Source: Auanema rhodensis (taxonomy: Eukaryota > Animalia > Nematoda). Taken from it: a stretch of DNA of 64,000 nucleotides. The DNA is taken from contig OZ059897.1 in the NCBI GenBank assembly GCA_964057225.1, forward strand, positions 13,826,001 to 13,890,000. The letters run 5' to 3'. This document shows positions 57,201 to 64,000 of the stretch, piece after piece. Under the pieces are notes generated by a model. That model worked only from the letters and a program-made list of their open reading frames with translations, ran no database searches and was not told where the DNA came from. How positions within the stretch are numbered: position 1 is the stretch's first letter; each line of letters begins with the position of its first letter. Made by a program: the position numbers and the translations under genes.

Positions 57201-60140
57201 TGTTACCAGAAAGCATCAACAGTTTAGATGTCATCATGTCTCTTTCTGCTGCAATATGCTTAAGTCTCGAAGTAAATAAACTAAACAGCTGTATGTTGCG
57301 ATCCGAAAGTGTTCAATTGACTATTCGTATTAATCCAAAAAACTTCTTTCTTCAATTTTAAAGTTTTAGTTTTGAATTTCATTCTCCCCGACACTCGTTT
57401 CATATAATTCGGAAAAAAAAAGTTTCACAGAATCTTTGGCAATAAGCAATCTTATTTCTCGAACGTATGCTTTGGCAAAGCATTGTCGTTAAGATGGCGT
57501 AACGCGATCCACAGAAAACTGAGATAAACAGGTGATTGAGTCTTTAACATCATGAACTAAAAAATTGAAAACAAAATCGAAAATTGTCAAGTTACATATA
57601 AATTAAATTAATAACAAAAAAAAAGTTTTGTAAACACTTACTCTCATAAAATCAAAAACTTTCGTTAACATGACGATACAGTTGCTGCCTAGCTCCCAAA
57701 CCATTCGCCAGAATTCTACATTCATAGGCTTTGTGCGAACAGCTTGAGTAACAACATATGCTTTTTCTCGTAACCAGCTCTATAATTATATTATTTTTAT
57801 TATTATAATTATTAATAATATAAATAAAAATAAATAAACATACATTCACATAACTAGCATTAACATAATGAGATATTTCATCACCATTTAAGGTGGGTAG
57901 AATTACACGATTATGATCATACGGTAATGTATCCTAAACATAATATATAAGATTACGGTATTTTCTTTTCATTTTATATTTAAATTCTGAAATTATCCGG
58001 AAATTTAATGTTAGGCTATTTGTTTTTCTACTGCAAAAAAGCCAATATTCTGGGAATATCTTCAACTCACGGGATATGGATTTCTGTCACCCATTGTGCT
58101 ACCTACGTCACATCGACACTTGTCCGTGTCAATTGATCGGTTAATCATCTGTAAAGCTTCAAGTTACAAACATATTAAAAACTTTGTTATCAAACAATTT
58201 TTTTTTTGGTTTGAGATTTCAATTCGAATGAAGTTGAATGAAGATTATTCAACTGTTCACGGTTTACAAAAAAAATTAATTTTTAAAGATTCAAATTAAA
58301 CTTTCTTATGGTGTGTTAGTTTTCACAGCTTGTTCTCCAAAAAAATTGACAGACGTCGTCTGTTAAGACTCGTGGCAAAACGAAAAAATTCTCAAAATTT
58401 AAAAAAAAAACAGAAAACTTGCATATTGTTATTGATTTCAAGACAATATTTCAGTTTGCTTCTTTAATTGTTAAAATTTTAAAAAAAGGTCAAAGTGTTG
58501 ATTTATAGCTCAGGTGTGAGAATGCAAGTTTTCTAATCTATTTGTTGAAAATAATTATAACATTTGTCTGGAAACATTCCAGCGGAAAAATATATATTTA
58601 TCAAGCAAAGTGTGGATAGCCTCGTGAAAGCCATTACTCATCCGCATGTTGGATGGCTCAAGCTTAACCTCGTCAATTCGAGAATACGACCGCATTCATG
58701 CAGTTGATAACAAGCTTAGCAATTTATCGATGAGAAGAAAAAAAGAAAAATAAGAAAATTAAATAGTTTTCAAAGAATTTGAGAAGTTAAGTGATTACAA
58801 ACCAGGTATTCTCCTTTGAACAGTATTCGCTTTTTCCGCCTTTCTTGAACATAAGCTACAAATTTTGAGGCATCCAATGGCATTGACGGAACTGCTTGCA
58901 TAGCTTTTTCTTCTTGTACTGAAAAACAAAGAAAATAAAAATTTGAAAATACAAAATTCTAATGAAAATTCTAATTTTTGTTTCAAACTTGATTGATTTT
59001 TGCTTATTTGGGTTGGGGATAAACCCATTATCCAACAGAACATAATCATCTGTATTGAATTAGGTGAAACCGGGTAATAGATCTTGAGAATAGTTGCTTA
59101 TCCATGTCATTCACCAACAATCATTGTTGATTTTATAACTTTTGAATGGCCTTATAGTTCATCAGTTCTTCTTCAACTCTAGAGCATCTCAATGGATTTA
59201 CTCTATCTATGCTCATCCCACACTTCCTATTTGTTCAATTCACGATAAAATGTTTGAACAATTTTTTCAATACAAAAATTGAAATAATCGGTAGAATTTG
59301 ACGAAAATATTTCTATATCTCAATAGAAATAATAAGATAAGAAGAAATAAAAACTAATATAGCTAAATTTTCGTTTTCAAAACAAAATAAATTAATCTGA
59401 TAAGCAAATTTTAATTCAAACAATAAATTATTAATAAATATTTTTCTTTTAAACATATATAACATAACCTTTCTGTTTTATTTCCTTTCTAACCATTATT
59501 TAAAATATATTTTAGTTTAATATATAGTTAATAAAGAATAATTAAGTGGATTAATTGACAAATTCAAAACTTAATTCAAAAATGTCATAGACAATCCTGA
59601 AAAATAATATTGAAAGATGATGACAATGAGGCATCATACGTTAACCAGATGTGGTTAAGCTTCTGCTTACCCCTAACAAATTTTTCGGCAATTTATCCGA
59701 AAAACAAAGAAAAATACAAAAGCATTCGTTTACTTTATAATACTAAAATTACATTACAATCTATTATAAAGAAATGGAGAAAGTATTATGAATATTCCAC
59801 TATATTCATAGTAAGTCCAGAATAAATGTAAAATATGATATATTCAGTTCTTACCAATTGTAAATTGCTTGGAGAAATTAGCTGGTGTCATGGCCATCCA
59901 TGTACGTCGTACATTTCTTCGTCGTTTACCGGACTTTCCTAAGTTTCCGGCACTGGCAATGATTCGTTCTCGCTCAGGATGGATATACTGACTACCGTTC
60001 GGACTGCCACCGCCACGTAGCACATCCATTACGAGACTAAGCTCACTTATACTCTTTTTGCGTAAATCATTCCACATTCCTGCGACATCGAGCTCTCGAC
60101 GACGTTGTCCCGGTGATTCTGGGACGTTCAGATAGTTCAT
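48490..60140 (-). CDS. Tandem-domain (D1/D2) protein tyrosine phosphatase of receptor-PTP type; no ectodomain or TM seen in the window
   Basis: D1: LPYDHNRVIL, YVNASYV, FWRMVWE, VHCSNGAGRSG, DQYQFIYDAL. D2: KNRDVMVVPPDHARPYL, YINAV, VMSHNGVSRVG. Exon phases join from 60140 to 48490. The 3' stop and the true 5' end are tentative. Confidence 0.88.
54163..54202. repeat. (CTA)n microsatellite
   Basis: About 12 CTA units in the PTP intron. Confidence 0.9.
55064..56346 (+). CDS. Nested secreted Cys-rich protein, resembling the chondroitin proteoglycan-4 (CPG4) domain family
   Basis: Signal peptide MKFLLLLVAIGLSSVIES; dibasic sites; Cys pattern CLEKC...FC...CIDEC...YVC...CY...HCRPRC...CRQLLCDHTC...VC...YPKSC; clean GT-AG introns; TAG at 56344-56346. 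Domain name is from Cys-pattern resemblance only. Confidence 0.8.
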
Positions 60141-63100
60141 CTGTAGGCTCGTTGTCTTGGTAATCAATGAGCTGATTTGTTGATTACAGTTCTTTTATTG
60201 CTCTCTCTTTCTTTCGTCCTTTCTTTTAGAAGATAGGATGATAGACGTGAAAGAGACTTTTTTGAAAAATTCCCACGGAAGTCAACGTCTGGAGTACATG
60301 GAAACAGACTTTCTGCTGACCGTTATAATAGGTCAACAGCCGAATATTAGCAGAAAATAATTACAAGTAATTGAAAAAAAATGAAAGCGTAGACGTTAAA
60401 AGATAGCGTATAGATGTAGAATTGCGATGTATTTTCAGAATTTCCGTCAAACAGCAATAATAGAATTTCAGACAGACAGTTACCGAGTACGCCGTAGAGC
60501 TGGAACTGTTTCTGCAACAGGCTTACTGTAGCTAACAAACGTAATATACGGTATGAAATATGTTGAATAATATCCAAAAAAGAAATAATATGGATAAACT
60601 AGAAAATTAGGAAATTGGAATCAATCACAGGCGTTTATGCTAGTTCTCTGATACTGAGAGAGCACTGGCTGATGCTGTGGGTGTTGAACAGGAGGGTAAG
60701 ATGGGACGAAGAAGCAGCAGCAGAAGCTAAGAGAAAGGGGAAGAGATCGAGAGAGAGTTATGCCCGAAGGCAATGATGGGGCGTGGGTTGAGTGATCCGA
60801 TCAATAGGAAGGAGGTTGGTAGTGTAGTTGTGGGATGGTGGTACAGCTGCTGTCTGTTCCTCTATCTATCTCTCTAAAACTTTTCCACTGTCTCAAAGGC
60901 GTGCCGTCTTGCACATCCAACTTTCTCTTATTCATCCAAAGTAATTTCTGTTCTACTCTTGTTGTCTTTAGCTCTCTATGCTTAACCTGATCACTCGTTC
61001 ATTCAGCCCAATCAGCGGTTATGTGTTTGAGACTAGAATAAAGGAAAAGATAACGAGAACTCTAGGATGAACGGATAAATAACAACGGAAACGCAGTCGC
61101 GGACAAACTCTACTCTCCTCCTTGCTTGTACGTTGTCCCCAGAAAACAAGGTGAAATTTTAAGGTTTTTAAAGAGAAATAAGAAGAAGAAGGAAAAATTA
61201 TAGTGAAATCAGAGAAAGAAAGAGAGAGAAGATACAGGCCTCTAAACTCTTGTGAGTAGGAGGTAATGCAGCTAGAATTCTACCTCACTTTACTTTTTGG
61301 CTTTTCATCTCAGTTGTGAGTCTGATTTCCTAAAGATATCATTTGTGATTTGTCATCAATGACCCGAGCTATGACGCTTTGTTCTTTTACAAATCATAAA
61401 CAGAAAAAACGAAGATGATTATGATCTATCTGATTTCTGATATCTTCAGAATGCACCATATTTTTATTTTTCTCACTAATAGTTAGAACAAAAATACTTA
61501 AATATTAGCTTAAAAAAAAAAGAAAAATTCTTAAAATTCAAAGAGTTATGAAGAATGAACTTTTTTTTTTTCAGTAAAAACTTTATCAAATATATGCCCT
61601 ATTATCTTAGCTAGTCATAACAATCTTTAGTTATGTTTTATATTATTTTAAAATAATATTTATAGTTAAAGTGTGATAAATAATAATTTGATGATGTTTT
61701 CTAATAAATTTTTAAATCAAAAAATTCTTTAAATTATCAGATATAATAAATATTATGTCAATTATTTATTACAAACTAGATGATAAACAACAAATTTTAA
61801 AATATCTTTCATTAAATATTTTTGATTCTCCTAATATCATATAATCTATAGTACTTTCTTTATTCGATCTAATTTCATCTTTAGCTCATCTCTTTATCTC
61901 TAACTATTTCTCTTATTACTCTTTATCCTTTAGAGAATTAATACTTTGCAGTATATTTCTTCTTTAAACTAAGAATAAGAGAAAGATGATGTCTGAAGAG
62001 ACACAATCAGTAACCAGACACAAGATGAAGCAATTACTGCTTGCCGTAGTTTTTATTGACAACGACCTTTGTTTACTATTAATGTTTTATTTAGTTTATA
62101 TGATTAGATTTTCATATAATATCAATTAAGATATTGAATTAACTATAATCACTAAACCATATAGTTTTCTTTGACTAAGTGAAACTTGGAAAAACTTCAT
62201 AGAATATAAACAAAATATAATTTGGAACTGGTATGGTACATTTCTAATATAGTGTAAAATCTTCAATTTATAAAACAAACTTTTACAGTTTGTTTAAACT
62301 TGTCGCTTTTCATAAAGAAATTGAAGAAATAGCCTAGAAGTCCAAAAATTGTGTTCATGATTCACAAGACAAAAATGAGCTTCTTAAGTACGTTTTTGAA
62401 TTTTTTTATAAAATTAATGAACTGAAGCTTCAACTTACACATGTGCATATGTAAGTTTCGGTAATTTCAGTAAAAGCCATACTAATCTATATTTAAGAAT
62501 TCTATAATCTAACTTAGTCACTTGATTTGAAATAGTTCTGTTTTGATGTTATTGATGAATACATGATATCTGGTAGCCTATCGAAAACTGGATTCTTATC
62601 CTTAAGAGAATGATATGATGTCAATAACGACTTCATGATGGTCCCTTCAGTATATCTTCAAATAAAAAAATTTATGGAAATCAGCGTGAAATAGGATAAT
62701 TCAACGTTTGAAATACTGCAAAGGCTTGGATGACTATGATGTTAAGAATTGCAATGGAAATGGAAAGAAAGAGTAGATGAATGATGGTGATGAAGAAAAA
62801 GACAATGAGGAAAGAGACAAGGAGCATGATGATTATGAAGGAATAAGAGACGTCGTCAAGACGAAATAAAGAAGAAGAAGGCGACGGGAAAACAGGAACG
62901 ATGTCTCGTGAGAGAACTATCTGTTGGCATGGCAGAATTTCTTGATGAAACATGATCTGAGTTCTATTGCCTATTTGAGGAAATAGAAGAATGGACCGAA
63001 GCACTATCCGATAGCTTCAACATATGTTGCTCAGAATGAATAGATAGAGTAAAGCTATGGAAGAGCGCGTGAGTCCATCATAAATATGAAAAAATGTGAA

Positions 63101-64000
63101 TAGAAATATAAAAAAAATATTTTCAATATGAAACATAGAGTGTTGATATTGTAAATTGACAACTTCTATGTACATACATATGAAGCACAAAAATATGAAA
63201 TTCCTATATAGCAAAGTATAACAGGAGAGAGAAAATGTTGAAAATACTTTTTGAACATTGAGTTAGTGAGGTGAAACTTAAATTATGTTCAAAACAAAAG
63301 AAAAGCGAAACATAAGGCTATAACATAGACGACCAGAGCAGAAAGCAAAACTGTATACTAGAAACTCTATGAGCTTCCAAGAGGGGGGGGAGGTGAATGT
63401 TTTCTAACGCCCAACAAGCTTTCAGGTTAATCGACTGGTAAGGCAATGTTTATGCGGAAAGAAATTGGGAGATTTGTTGCATTTACCCAAAAACTCTCTA
63501 TTCACATATGACATATGATTTTTCTGGCTCATTAACATTTTCATTCAATCGTATATCAATGCTACCGTGAACGTGTCGCTGTCATCGATGTCTTTCGTGT
63601 AGCTCATCATCGTCGAAACCTAGTAATCATCAAGTCACGCCATTGTATATCCTTCTACAGAACAGAGATGAGCAGCCGTTAAGCACTGATTCATGTGTGT
63701 GATTCCAATGGTAAAATGAGGGGGATTTTGGAATTGTATGAATGACTAACAACATCTATCTGTGAGCACAAATTGATCTCACCAAAATAGGAATATTGAA
63801 GTCTGACGTACAGCAATATGAAATAAAAATACTGTGCATGGTGTGGAGAGAACAGACATAATATGACAAAGATACTAACACGCGAGATGTGAAATAGAAC
63901 ATGCTTCTCATTCTTTCGTTTCTTTTGATCTCTATCCCTCTATCTCTTATTTCTATATCTATATCTCATCACGTTGAAATTTGGGCAGAAATTGAGCAAT

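Overview
AT-rich eukaryotic genomic DNA, almost certainly a nematode: many ~45-50 nt introns, TTTCAG-type acceptors (several directly before the ATG, consistent with SL trans-splicing) and a cuticle collagen. The ORF track mostly shows exon fragments or spurious ORFs, so genes were assembled by hand. In order: the 3' exon of an unknown gene; ALYREF-like aly; a GPI-type Ig-domain gene; an ABHD17-like hydrolase; two head-to-head ShK-domain heme peroxidases (the second with two ~4 kb introns, one holding a MITE-like element); two tandem box C/D snoRNA genes; a cuticle collagen; a full-length P-glycoprotein; TMLHE (gbh-2-like); a two-pore K+ channel; and a two-domain tyrosine phosphatase with candidate cassette exons and an antisense nested secreted-protein gene. 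The most notable item is the snoRNA pair. It is recognisably SNORD43/snR70-like, but has its own PSE-like promoter and a conserved 5' leader. That leader is antisense to the opposite strand of the 18S decoding site and can also fold over box C. Coordinates were counted by eye and no database searches were run.
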